Source: Vibrio vulnificus CMCP6 (GTDB lineage Bacteria; Pseudomonadota; Gammaproteobacteria; Enterobacterales; Vibrionaceae). Taken from it: 32,000 bases of DNA. Positions 18,480 through 27,564 of this stretch are shown here, piece by piece (position 1 is the stretch's first letter; each line of letters starts with the position of its first letter). The position numbers and the translations under genes were made by a program. The stretch covers positions 30,001 through 62,000 of the forward strand of contig NC_004460.2 of the NCBI RefSeq assembly GCF_000039765.1, read 5' to 3'. The notes under the pieces were generated by a model. The model did not search any database and had not been told where the DNA came from. It saw only the letters and a program-made list of their open reading frames with translations.

Positions 18480-18588
18480 TGACCCTTTTTAAGCCGAGGG
18501 TCACCTAGCCAACTGACGTTGTTAGTGAACCTGATTGTTCACAAATATATACAGCCAATCACCTCTTATTGTGATTGGCTTTTTTTTT
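18480..18588 (+). ncRNA. qrr: Qrr quorum-regulatory sRNA (Hfq-dependent, LuxO/sigma-54 controlled)
   Basis: TGACCCTTTTTAAGCCGAGGGTCACCTAGCCAACTGACGTTGTTAGTGAACCTGATTGTTCACAAATATATACAGCCAATCACCTCTTATTGTGATTGGC plus T8. It contains the Qrr core GGTCACCTAGCCAACTGACGTTGTTAGTGAA. There are three hairpins (TGACCCT/AGGGTCA, GTGAAC/GTTCAC, AGCCAATCAC/GTGATTGGCT) and a T8 terminator tail. No ORF explains the region. Confidence 0.9.
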
Positions 18589-18661
18589 ATTCTCAATGTC
18601 ACCCAAATGGTTTGGTGCACAGTTTGGCGCAAACATTAGCTTGTTTGTGATGAGGTACTTC

Positions 18662-19201
18662 ATGAAACGTTGCTGTTTAACAACGCTTACTGCAGGCGCA
18701 TTATGTGCTGCGCCTGTTTATGCTCAAGGTTCTAAAGGGTGGGAGACGTTTAGTGACATCGGAGCGTACGGCTTGGTCGCCACCGCAGCGGCAGTACCAC
18801 TCTATAAAGACGATTGGCAAGGCTTTTGGCAAGCAGGGTTGAGTATTGGCACCGCGTCTGCCGTCGGTCTATTGGGAAAAGTGACCATTGAAGAAGAAAG
18901 GCCGGATAAATCAGGTTTTGATAGCTTTCCCTCTAATCATACCGCCAATGCATTTGCTTCCGCGACGACGCTGCAAATTCGCTACGGTTGGCAGGCGGGT
19001 TTGCCTGCCTACACGATTGCAACCTTGGTTGGCGTGGGGAGAGTGGAGGCTAAGAGGCACTACTGGCGTGATGTGATCGCAGGTGCTGCTTTAGGCACGC
19101 TGTCAGCGTGGATCTTTACTGACGCCTACGATGAAAATATCCAAGTGCTGCCATGGGTGAGCCATGATGGCGCAGGTATCCATATTGCTTATCAGTTCTA
19201 A
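18662..19201 (+). CDS. PAP2-family (type 2 phosphatidic acid/lipid phosphatase) exported protein
   Basis: ATG at 18662 with GAGG upstream, and signal peptide MKRCCLTTLTAGALCAAPVYA. PAP2 motifs are present: K(x6)RP (KVTIEEERP), PSNH, and GRVEAKRHYWRD (SRx5Hx3D-like). Confidence 0.8.
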   Translation: MKRCCLTTLTAGALCAAPVYAQGSKGWETFSDIGAYGLVATAAAVPLYKDDWQGFWQAGLSIGTASAVGLLGKVTIEEERPDKSGFDSFPSNHTANAFASATTLQIRYGWQAGLPAYTIATLVGVGRVEAKRHYWRDVIAGAALGTLSAWIFTDAYDENIQVLPWVSHDGAGIHIAYQF

Positions 19202-19270
19202 ATGAGGGTTTAACCCCAAGCTCTGAATCCGGCACCTTGAAGTCACTTGGGCATATCTACAAGAGTTGGT

Positions 19271-19305
19271 AAAAAGGGCGATTGGTGTTGCCAATCGCCC
19301 TTTTT
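19271..19305. terminator. Bidirectional terminator between convergent genes
   Basis: AAAGGGCGATTGG / CCAATCGCCCTTT 13-bp stem, with A5 on the left and T5 on the right. Confidence 0.8.
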
Positions 19306-19312
19306 GTGTGAT

Positions 19313-20311
19313 TTATGCGTGAATCAATCTCACCACAAGTGCGCCTGCAGCGCGCATGGATTCAATATTGTGACTGAGCACGATACCGGCTTTCGGCGCG
19401 TGATAACGCCAAACTTCATCACCGAAGCTGTCGTATTGAATCGCCAGCAGCGCTCCTTGTTCGACCGATTGCATCATCGCCACTTGTGGGAGGATAAAGC
19501 CACCGAGCTCGGCGCGAATAGAGGTCACGCTTTGCCCTTCAAAAGCCGGCTTAGGTGCGATGCTATCGCCTTGGATGACGTTATGATGTCTCAGAATATT
19601 GGCGATACCAGAAGCGGTGCGAGCAACCAAGTCGCTTTCGGTATAACGCCCCATGCCCACTTCAATGGTGATGCTTGGGATACCATGCTGATTCCATACC
19701 GTTTCCAATACGCCCGCGTCGCCAGGATCATTCAAAATCGCATCGGGCCCTGCAAGGCGCGCCATTTCCAATGATTGAGCAAGACGAAAATCGGCGAAAA
19801 TATACAGTGGGTAGATAGCGCCACTGGTTTGAGTGTGTAAATCGATCGCCAGTTCAGCATTGGGCTTTAATAAATGGTGCCAAATAGCGTGCAGATAGCG
19901 CTGTGCTTCATTACCTTTGTCGTCACCCGGAAAAAAGCGGTTTAGATTCGCAGGAGAAACATCTGGATCGGCAGAGTAAAAATCGCGGCTGTGATTGAGC
20001 ATGCCCGTTAGATTAATGGTTGGCACGATGGTCACGCAGCCTGCCATAGACTGGCCCACTAAATCGCGTGCAACCTGCTGGGCCGCCAGCACGCCATTGT
20101 ATTCATCACCATGAACACCAGCGGTAATGACAAACTTCTTCCCTGATTCGGTGCCTTTGAAAACGAGGACAGGCATGTGTTGCCACTGACCAAGTGCATT
20201 GGTTGCAATGCGGAACCAAAATTTGTGCTCTCCCGCGGGAAGATCATCCACGTTGAGAGATTGGATTACTTGGTGACTTTGAATAACGTCATCTAAGTAG
20301 TGTGTTGTCAT
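19313..20311 (-). CDS. Succinylglutamate desuccinylase/aspartoacylase (AstE/AspA, M14-like) family zinc hydrolase
   Basis: 332 aa. The characteristic ITAGVHGDEYNG zinc-binding motif and overall length fit the family. The substrate is unknown. Confidence 0.75.
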   Translation of the reverse strand: MTTHYLDDVIQSHQVIQSLNVDDLPAGEHKFWFRIATNALGQWQHMPVLVFKGTESGKKFVITAGVHGDEYNGVLAAQQVARDLVGQSMAGCVTIVPTINLTGMLNHSRDFYSADPDVSPANLNRFFPGDDKGNEAQRYLHAIWHHLLKPNAELAIDLHTQTSGAIYPLYIFADFRLAQSLEMARLAGPDAILNDPGDAGVLETVWNQHGIPSITIEVGMGRYTESDLVARTASGIANILRHHNVIQGDSIAPKPAFEGQSVTSIRAELGGFILPQVAMMQSVEQGALLAIQYDSFGDEVWRYHAPKAGIVLSHNIESMRAAGALVVRLIHA

Positions 20312-20375
20312 GAAACGGTAAACTCCAAATTAGTCATCACTCGCGAGCGTTACTCAATCGCCACGGAGCAAAATT

Positions 20376-20404
20376 AAAAAAAGGCGAGAATGGATCTCGC
20401 CCTT
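20376..20404 (-). terminator. Rho-independent terminator downstream of yfcC
   Basis: Minus strand reads AGGGCGAGATCCATTCTCGCC followed by T7. Confidence 0.7.
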
Positions 20405-20467
20405 ATCAATTGGGATGGCTAAGCCCAGCCGTCTTTTTGCCGACTGGCTTGCAACAAACGGTTTTGC

Positions 20468-22000
20468 TTACGCAAAGCCCATCAAATGCGCTGCGACCAC
20501 AACAATGCTCGATAGAGTAAAGAGTAACAGCATAAAGCGCCAGCAGAATTTCGCCCAGTCACCCCAGTCAATGCGGCATACGCCCAGCGTCGCCATGAGA
20601 GAGGCTGAAGTTGGCACAATCACGTTGGTAAACCCATCACCAAGTTGGAATGCCAGTACCGCGACCTGACGAGTAACTCCCGCGATGTCTGACAGTGGTG
20701 ATAGCAATGGCATGGTGAGTGCCGCTTGGCCAGAACCTGACGTCACAAAGAAGTTGAACACCGATTGGAATACGTACATTAACCACGCGGCCATCACATC
20801 AGGCAGACCGCTGATCACACCGCCAGCACTGTTGAGAATAGAGTTTAGGACGCTCGCTTCATCTGTAGTACCGCCACCAAGAATCAACAATACGCCTTTT
20901 GCGCAGCCAACCAACAGAGCGGGGGCAAGCATGATGCTCGCGCCTTCTTTAAACGCGTCTGCGGCATCATTAAGAGTCATGCCATTGAGACGGAAAACAG
21001 TACCAATAATGGCAACGACAAAACCCATGGTGAAGAACTGCGAAGCAATTTCAGGAATATACCAAGCATGCACGACCACGCCCCATACTACCCAAATGGT
21101 GACCGCAATCACCGTGAGAATCACCAGCGTATCACCTAGGTTCCAACGCGAGTCATGGCTTCCTAACTCTTGCTGACGGAAATAGGCATCGGTACGACGG
21201 CTGTAGGAAAATTCTGGATTGGCCTTGATGCGCGCCGCGTAGATCATGGTGAAAGCAATACCAATTAGCGTGAAACCTACCCATAGCGCCATACGTACAG
21301 TCATGCCTGAAAGCACGGGAATGCCGGCAATCCCTTGGGCAATAGCCACGGAAAATGGGTTCATCCAAGAGGTGGCGAAACCAATTTGTGTCGCAACGTA
21401 AGTGACCATCACGGTGGTAATACCGTCGTAACCCAGTCTCACCATCAAAGGCGCGATGATAATGGCGAACGCAACGGCTTCTTCGCCCATACCAAACACG
21501 GCACCACCAAGTGAAAACAACAAAAACAGCACAGGAATGAATAAAGCCTCACTCCCTTTGGTTTTATCGATCAGGCGCAGAATGCCATTGTCGATTGTAC
21601 CCGTGCGCATCACAACACCGAACGCACCACCAATCACCAGCATAAACATGATGACGCCAATCGCGCTGCCCCATTTTGAGCCAGAAACCAGCCCTTCAAA
21701 TGGGAAGTTCATCAAGCCAATGCCACCGCCAGAGGCGAAAAGCCCCACACGGTTGTAGACCAGTTCGCCCTGTTCATCGGTGGCATAGCTGAAAGAGGAT
21801 GGGTCGATAACGGTGCGTGTTTTTTCTGCACCATCAACCATATAGCTAACTTGTTGGCTGTCGAAGTGACCCGCAGGAATAAGATAAGTAAGAATGGCTG
21901 CGAAAATACCAACAATAAAAATCAGAATAAGCGTATCTGGCATTTGCCAAGATTTCTTGCTCACGGCTGCGTCAACCGAGTGAGAATGTGTGTGAGACAT
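20468..22000 (-). CDS. yfcC: YfcC-family (DcuC/C4-dicarboxylate anaerobic carrier superfamily) transporter
   Basis: About 510 aa and polytopic. The N-terminus (SKKSWQMPDTLILIFIVGIFAAILTYLIPAGHFDSQQVSYMVDGAEKTRTVIDPSSF) is colinear with E. coli YfcC as recalled. ATG at 22000 is preferred over GTG at 22012. Confidence 0.8.
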   Translation of the reverse strand: MSHTHSHSVDAAVSKKSWQMPDTLILIFIVGIFAAILTYLIPAGHFDSQQVSYMVDGAEKTRTVIDPSSFSYATDEQGELVYNRVGLFASGGGIGLMNFPFEGLVSGSKWGSAIGVIMFMLVIGGAFGVVMRTGTIDNGILRLIDKTKGSEALFIPVLFLLFSLGGAVFGMGEEAVAFAIIIAPLMVRLGYDGITTVMVTYVATQIGFATSWMNPFSVAIAQGIAGIPVLSGMTVRMALWVGFTLIGIAFTMIYAARIKANPEFSYSRRTDAYFRQQELGSHDSRWNLGDTLVILTVIAVTIWVVWGVVVHAWYIPEIASQFFTMGFVVAIIGTVFRLNGMTLNDAADAFKEGASIMLAPALLVGCAKGVLLILGGGTTDEASVLNSILNSAGGVISGLPDVMAAWLMYVFQSVFNFFVTSGSGQAALTMPLLSPLSDIAGVTRQVAVLAFQLGDGFTNVIVPTSASLMATLGVCRIDWGDWAKFCWRFMLLLFTLSSIVVVAAHLMGFA

Positions 22001-22237
22001 GTCTGTTTTCACGTTAAGTTAAAGGAGAATGGAATATCATTAAATTAGAATAAAAAGTCAAACCATCTGCCTTTTGTAAACACAATATTCGACAATTTAT
22101 TGATCTAAAGACAAATAGTTCGTGTGGCACGAATTAAATGGATGTATCAAAATGCGCAAATCATCACCGTCATTTATTGAACAAATACTCAAATAATGCG
22201 TATAGTGGTTTGGTCAGCATTTATAAGGAGTAGGCGC

Positions 22238-23719
22238 ATGGAGTTAAAACAGCGATTGAGTCAACAGCTCAAAGAAAGTCGCGATGCGTTTCTAAGAAAC
22301 CCATACCCCACCTACCAAAAAAGACTCGAGAACCTCAACAAACTTGAATCGCTCATCAAAGCGCATCAAGCCGAGATCATCTATGCCATCGAACAAGACT
22401 TTGGTACTCGTTCAATCAGTGAAACGGGATTACTCGAGCTGTTTACCAGTATTGAAACCATTCGAGATGCAAAAAAACAACTTAAGAAATGGATGAAGCC
22501 AAGCCATCGACATACCTCTGTCTGGTTTTTTCCTGCTAAAAACAGAGTTGTTCCTCAGCCGTTAGGTGTGGTGGGCGTGATTGTGCCTTGGAACTATCCG
22601 CTGATGCTCACCATTGGTCCGCTGGTTGCGGCGCTGGCGGCAGGAAATCGCGTGATGCTCAAAATGTCGCAAAATTCACCTCATTTAGCTCAGTTGTTGG
22701 TCGAGCTGTTTGAAGCGCAGTTTAATCGTGATGAAGTGGCCATTTACGCGGACGAAGCCGAGATGGGGCCAGAGTTTTCTAAGCTCAAGTTCGACCATTT
22801 ACTGTTTACTGGCTCAACGAAAACGGGACGCGCGGTGATGCAATCCGCAGCCAATAATTTGGTGCCAGTGACTTTAGAGCTGGGTGGAAAATCCCCAGTG
22901 ATCTTAGATGAAAAATTTGATGTGAAGATCGCACTAGAACGCTTGCTTGGTGGCAAATTGTATAACTGTGGCCAAACGTGTATCGCGCCTGACTATCTGT
23001 TTGTGCCTCAATCTCGATTGAACGAAGTCGTCGAAACCACCAAAGCCATCATGGCGAAACGCTTTCGCACAATTCAACATCAAGATTACACCTCGATTAT
23101 CGATGCCAATGCCTTTGAGCGTTTAACGCACCTGCTCAGCGACGCTAAGGAAAAAGGCGCGAAGCTCATCAACTGTATTCCAGATTCTGAACCAGAGCGA
23201 GGCAGTCGAAAACTGCCATTTTATCTAGTGACGGAGGTGGAGAGCGACATGGCAGTGATGCAAGAAGAGATCTTTGGACCGATACTGCCTATCATCACTT
23301 ATCAACATATTGACGAGGTGTTCCATTACATTGCTCAGAGGCCGCGTCCTTTGGCGTTATACCTCTTTAGTGAGGATAAGTGGTTACAGAAAAAGTTCAC
23401 CCAAGAAACACTGTCTGGTGGTTTGTGTATCAACGACGTCATGCTGCATGTCGCACAACACGACTTGCCGTTTGGTGGTGTCGGTGAGAGTGGCATGGGG
23501 CATTATCATGGTCGAGAAGGCTTTAACACCTTTTCGAAGTTAAAGCCCGTGATGACTCAATCTCGGTTTGCTCTCACACCACTGTTTTATTCCCCTTACA
23601 GCGGTTTCGCAAAATCGATTCTTAATGTCATGATCAACCGAAAGATTGGCAATTATGAGTCGGCCATTCAGCAGAAACTAACGAGTTTGCTGCGCATAAT
23701 AGGCCGCGACGTCTCTTAA
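22238..23719 (+). CDS. NAD(P)-dependent aldehyde dehydrogenase (coniferyl-aldehyde dehydrogenase-like subfamily)
   Basis: AAGGAG lies upstream of ATG 22238. ALDH motifs are present (VTLELGGKSP; catalytic Cys context YNCGQTCIAPDY; EEIFGPILP). The last 42 nt overlap the convergent cytochrome c gene. Confidence 0.85.
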   Translation: MELKQRLSQQLKESRDAFLRNPYPTYQKRLENLNKLESLIKAHQAEIIYAIEQDFGTRSISETGLLELFTSIETIRDAKKQLKKWMKPSHRHTSVWFFPAKNRVVPQPLGVVGVIVPWNYPLMLTIGPLVAALAAGNRVMLKMSQNSPHLAQLLVELFEAQFNRDEVAIYADEAEMGPEFSKLKFDHLLFTGSTKTGRAVMQSAANNLVPVTLELGGKSPVILDEKFDVKIALERLLGGKLYNCGQTCIAPDYLFVPQSRLNEVVETTKAIMAKRFRTIQHQDYTSIIDANAFERLTHLLSDAKEKGAKLINCIPDSEPERGSRKLPFYLVTEVESDMAVMQEEIFGPILPIITYQHIDEVFHYIAQRPRPLALYLFSEDKWLQKKFTQETLSGGLCINDVMLHVAQHDLPFGGVGESGMGHYHGREGFNTFSKLKPVMTQSRFALTPLFYSPYSGFAKSILNVMINRKIGNYESAIQQKLTSLLRIIGRDVS

Positions 23720-23998
23720 GTCTTGGTCATTCAGGCGTTGTAATTGTGCCTGCATCATATCGGCTAGTGGACCTGTCCGTTGGCCGTTTTGATAGCTTTT
23801 CATGGAATCAAACAGATATTGTTCGTTTTGGCCTGCCAGATGCGGGTAAGCATTATTGGCCGCTACGCCAGATGCGCCGTGGCAAAAGACGCAACTTGGA
23901 CTTTTGACTTTGCCGAGTTCAGGATTACCTTGAAGAGCGTTTGCGTGAGCGGTGAAGGTGAAAGCAGTGGCGACTAGGCACAGAATTGGTCTTAACAT
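23678..23998 (-). CDS. Small periplasmic class I c-type cytochrome (c-553/c-554-like)
   Basis: 106 aa with signal peptide MLRPILCLVATAFTFTAHA and a single haem motif CVFCHG. GGAG lies 5 nt upstream of the ATG. Confidence 0.8.
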   Translation of the reverse strand: MLRPILCLVATAFTFTAHANALQGNPELGKVKSPSCVFCHGASGVAANNAYPHLAGQNEQYLFDSMKSYQNGQRTGPLADMMQAQLQRLNDQDLRDVAAYYAQQTR

Positions 23999-24034
23999 GG
24001 CGGCTCCAAACTAAACGTGTTGTGTCGCAGCATA

Positions 24035-24057
24035 GAGCTTCCCCTAAGGGGAAGCTC
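24035..24057 (-). terminator. Strong GC hairpin downstream of ltaE (terminator-like, weak U-tract)
   Basis: GAGCTTCCCC-TAA-GGGGAAGCTC is a perfect 10-bp stem, 14 nt after the ltaE stop. Confidence 0.45.
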
Positions 24058-24070
24058 AAGAGTAAAGACG

Positions 24071-25078
24071 TTAGCCGAGGAAGAATCGCAACTTTTCTAG
24101 AAATAGATCAATATCTTGGCGAGAAATATCTTTGTGAGTCACAAAACGAATCGGATTTCCTGGGGTAATGATGATCGATTCTTCCGCCAATTTTTGCGCA
24201 ATCGCGTTGATGTCGACATTGTCATCCAGTTTGGCAAACACAATGTTTGTTTGCACGAAATCAGGATTGACATGCACACCTGGCAACTCAGACAAACCCT
24301 GCGCTAATGCTTTGGCATTGGCATGATCGACTTTTAACTGAGCTACTTGTTCGGTCAAAGCAAGCTTACCCGCTGCGGCTAAAATACCCGCTTGGCGCAT
24401 ACCGCCACCGACCATTTTGCGTAAACGTCGTGCTTTTGCGATGTATTCTTTAGAACCCAGCAGCAGAGAACCCACCGGAGCGCCTAATCCTTTGGAAAGA
24501 CAAATGGTCATTGAATCAAAATACTGAGCGATGTCTCTTACTGGAACATCCAACGCCGTTGCTGCGTTATAAACACGAGCACCATCAAGATGGAGTTTTA
24601 GATTGTGTTTATCGACGAAAGCGCGTGCCTCTTGCAAATAGCTCAAAGGCAGCACTTTACCATTGATGGTATTTTCAAGGCTCAGCAGCTTAGTGCGCGC
24701 AAAGTGGCTGTCATCGGGTTTGATGGCGGCGGCTAGCTTGTCAAACGGTAAAGTGCCATCGGGATTGTTCTCAACCGGTTGAGGTTGGATGGAACCTAAT
24801 ACTGCCGCGCCTCCAGCCTCGTAACGATAGTTATGCGCTTGTTGGCCACAAAGATACTCGTCACCGCGTTCACAATGCGCCATCAAACCTAGCAGGTTTG
24901 CTTGCGTACCTGAAGTAGTAAAGAGCGCCGCTTCAAAGCCGGCTTCTTTGGCGGCAAAAGCTTCCAGCTCATTTACGGTTGGGTCATCACCGTAAACATC
25001 ATCGCCGACGATGGCGTTAGCCATGGCTTCGCGCATGGCGGGAGTAGGGCGAGTTACGGTGTCAGAACGAAAATCCAT
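24071..25078 (-). CDS. ltaE: Low-specificity L-threonine aldolase
   Basis: 335 aa. MDFRSDTVTRPTPAMREAM...GDDVYGDDPTVNELE...SGTQANL is the canonical LtaE N-terminus. GAGGAG lies upstream. It sits 18 nt downstream of the Nudix gene, so they are probably an operon. Confidence 0.9.
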   Translation of the reverse strand: MDFRSDTVTRPTPAMREAMANAIVGDDVYGDDPTVNELEAFAAKEAGFEAALFTTSGTQANLLGLMAHCERGDEYLCGQQAHNYRYEAGGAAVLGSIQPQPVENNPDGTLPFDKLAAAIKPDDSHFARTKLLSLENTINGKVLPLSYLQEARAFVDKHNLKLHLDGARVYNAATALDVPVRDIAQYFDSMTICLSKGLGAPVGSLLLGSKEYIAKARRLRKMVGGGMRQAGILAAAGKLALTEQVAQLKVDHANAKALAQGLSELPGVHVNPDFVQTNIVFAKLDDNVDINAIAQKLAEESIIITPGNPIRFVTHKDISRQDIDLFLEKLRFFLG

Positions 25079-25096
25079 AGTGTCTCCTCATGTTGG

Positions 25097-25612
25097 CTAT
25101 ATATAGCCGCAAAGCTTGGCTTTGCTTAAGCAAGCAATGGTTTTGGCGTCGCTAATGCTGCCATCTCTTATTTTTTCTTCGAGTTGTTCAAGGGATAAGC
25201 TGACCACTTGAATCACTTCATCTTCATCGCATTGATAGCGATTGGTTTGTGTCAGTTTCTTGGCCACAAACAAATATTGAATTTCGTCGCAAAATCCCGC
25301 AAGCGGTGTGACTTGGCCTAACGAGATAAACTCCTCTGCGCTGTAGCCGGTTTCTTCTTCCAGCTCACGTTCTGCACAGTGTTGAGGATCTTCACCTTGT
25401 TCTTTGGTGCCAGCAGGGAGTTCTAGTAACCATTTTTTTAGGGAAGGACGAAATTGATTAATCAGTATGATGTTGCCCTCTTCCGTGACGGGAAGGATGA
25501 CAGAGGCGCCCGGGTGTTGAATCGTTGTGTGCGCGATGGCATGTCCGGTCGGGAGTAGCACCTCTTCTTCTATTAGGGCGATGTTTTTCCATTTATGTAT
25601 GACGGTGCTCAT
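25097..25612 (-). CDS. Nudix hydrolase (ADP-ribose pyrophosphatase-like)
   Basis: 171 aa with a Nudix box (GTKEQGEDPQHCAERELEEETGY). AGGAA lies upstream. Confidence 0.8.
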   Translation of the reverse strand: MSTVIHKWKNIALIEEEVLLPTGHAIAHTTIQHPGASVILPVTEEGNIILINQFRPSLKKWLLELPAGTKEQGEDPQHCAERELEEETGYSAEEFISLGQVTPLAGFCDEIQYLFVAKKLTQTNRYQCDEDEVIQVVSLSLEQLEEKIRDGSISDAKTIACLSKAKLCGYI

Positions 25613-25818
25613 AGATGTGTCATTTTCCTAGCTAACTGTCTCATGATGAGAAGTCAACAAGATACGCACAAAAGCCGATAAACGAAAGTTCTTATTAGAG
25701 AACTGCCCAGATATCGTTTGCGTAATCAGTGATTTTTCTCCCATAATTGCAATCTTTGTTTGCTGCGGAACACTGAAAAATCAGTTCTGCTATAAGAGCT
25801 TGTCAATAAAAAATGCAC

Positions 25819-25847
25819 TTGTAACAAAGTGATAACAAATGTATAAA
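25819..25847 (+). promoter_or_regulatory. Candidate sigma-70 promoter of ravA-viaA
   Basis: TTGTAA, a 17-nt spacer, then TATAAA, about 40 nt upstream of the ravA ATG. Confidence 0.3.
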
Positions 25848-25887
25848 AGTACGTATACCATAACTGAAGAGAATTAGGAGTAACGTA

Positions 25888-27555
25888 ATGATTCGCCCTT
25901 CTTTTGCGTCTAATGCAGATAAAGCGTTACTTTCTGAAAGAATTAACAAATTGTCGGCCGCGTTAGCCGACGGCGTGTATGAAAGAGAGTACACCATTAA
26001 ACTCTGTTTGCTGGCGGCATTAGCTGGTGAAAGTGTTTTCTTACTTGGCCCTCCTGGTATTGCAAAAAGTTTAATCGCTAAACGCCTTATTCAAGCCTTT
26101 GATAACAGTAGTTATTTCGAATACTTAATGACTCGCTTTTCAACCCCTGAAGAGGTGTTTGGTCCGCTCAGTATCCAAGAGCTCAAAGATAACGGGCGTT
26201 ACGTCCGTTTGACAAAAGGCTACCTACCCACTGCGCAAGTGGTGTTTCTTGATGAGATTTGGAAAGCAGGTCCTGCCATTTTGAACACCTTGCTGACCGT
26301 GGTGAATGAGAAAACATTCAAAAACGGCAGCGATATTGAACGTGTTCCAATGCGTTTGCTTATCTCGGCTTCCAATGAATTGCCTGACGAAGACAGCGGC
26401 CTAGAAGCACTTTATGACCGTATGTTGGTGCGCGTGTTTGTTAACCGTATTCAGAACAAACAGAATTTTAAATCGATGCTGACGGTTGGCACACCGGAGG
26501 AAGCGCGTATTCCTGAAGGGCTTGCGATCACCGACGAAGAGTATCATCAGTGGCAGAAGGCTTTAGAGTCGCTGAAATTAAGCGATCGCGTGTTTGAAAA
26601 ACTGTTCCAACTGAAAACCATGCTGGAAGAGAAAGCAGAAGCGGTGGGTGCTGATGTTGCGGAGACGGATCTCTACGTTTCTGACCGACGTTGGAAAAAA
26701 GCCGTGCGTTTACTCAAAGCCAGTGCGTTCTTTAATGGTCGCGACGAGATCAACCCTCTCGATTTGTTGCTGTTGCAAGATTGCTTGTGGAACAGCCCAG
26801 AGTCGCGTGAGGTCGTGACCTCGGTTATCCAAGAGTTTGCGCTTAACTACGCATTTGATCAAAAGGAAGTACAAAGTCAAATCGACTATTGCCGAGAAGA
26901 GTTGGCGGACATCCAACAAGAGCTGGAAGAGCAATATGGCATTGTGCTTTCGATGGAATCGTCGGCTGGTCTGCTGCGTAAGGGTAAAGAGGTGCATACT
27001 TTTGACACGTCAGAAGCTCGTATTTACAGCGTTGGCCCAACGCGCAACTTGGTCAAATTGGTGCTGCTACAAAGCAACATGTCTGTTTCTGAATCTGAAC
27101 GTGGTGATAGCCGCTGGGTGTACGTACAGAAAGATGAACTCGATCGAGTGATCAAAGAAGGTCAGGGCGAGCTTTACGGTTTCGTAAACCAAAACACCAA
27201 TTTATGTCGCTTGAAGTTTGATCTGGATGCATCCAACAACTTGGTGATCAGAGACATTGCCAACCGTGCGGTGTTGGTTAGCTTGGTGACTAAAGATGGT
27301 CTAAATGAAGAACATTACCAGAAATGGGCAGAAAAATGTGACAGCGCGTTCAGTAAGCTCACTGACGCAGAACACCATTTACGTAAGGTTCGCTCGGATT
27401 TCCACGGTGCGTTGCCGCACAACTTTATCGACCCTGAGTTACCAAGAATGATGGAAGCGACGATCCAACAGGTATCGCATACGTTGGAAAGTGTGAAAAG
27501 CGAGAGTGAGAAAACCATGTTCCGTATTAAACACCTCAACGAATACTTCTCGTAA
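25888..27555 (+). CDS. ravA: RavA, MoxR-family AAA+ ATPase
   Basis: Colinear with E. coli RavA as recalled ([29 protein letters not shown]; [21 protein letters not shown]; [19 protein letters not shown]). At 555 aa it is longer than the 498-aa E. coli protein. AGGAG lies upstream. Confidence 0.92.
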   Translation: MIRPSFASNADKALLSERINKLSAALADGVYEREYTIKLCLLAALAGESVFLLGPPGIAKSLIAKRLIQAFDNSSYFEYLMTRFSTPEEVFGPLSIQELKDNGRYVRLTKGYLPTAQVVFLDEIWKAGPAILNTLLTVVNEKTFKNGSDIERVPMRLLISASNELPDEDSGLEALYDRMLVRVFVNRIQNKQNFKSMLTVGTPEEARIPEGLAITDEEYHQWQKALESLKLSDRVFEKLFQLKTMLEEKAEAVGADVAETDLYVSDRRWKKAVRLLKASAFFNGRDEINPLDLLLLQDCLWNSPESREVVTSVIQEFALNYAFDQKEVQSQIDYCREELADIQQELEEQYGIVLSMESSAGLLRKGKEVHTFDTSEARIYSVGPTRNLVKLVLLQSNMSVSESERGDSRWVYVQKDELDRVIKEGQGELYGFVNQNTNLCRLKFDLDASNNLVIRDIANRAVLVSLVTKDGLNEEHYQKWAEKCDSAFSKLTDAEHHLRKVRSDFHGALPHNFIDPELPRMMEATIQQVSHTLESVKSESEKTMFRIKHLNEYFS

Positions 27556-27564
27556 GGAATTAAT

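Noticed and set aside
18157-18504. 115-aa minus-strand ORF
   Set aside because: It is antisense to the well-supported yqfB gene and spans the LuxO sites, the sigma-54 promoter and the 5' end of qrr. It has no SD and no family resemblance.
22119-22133. Inverted repeat TTCGTG-TGG-CACGAA containing TGGCAC in the yfcC/ALDH divergent promoter region
   Set aside because: The TGGCAC is not followed by a TTGC -12 element at the right spacing, so it is not a sigma-54 promoter. The 6-bp arms are too short to call an operator without comparative data.
25639-25651. 13-bp palindrome TCTCATGATGAGA just upstream of the Nudix-ltaE operon
   Set aside because: It is short with no recognisable regulator motif, and could be chance or a minor leader hairpin. 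It is not supportable as a feature without conservation data.
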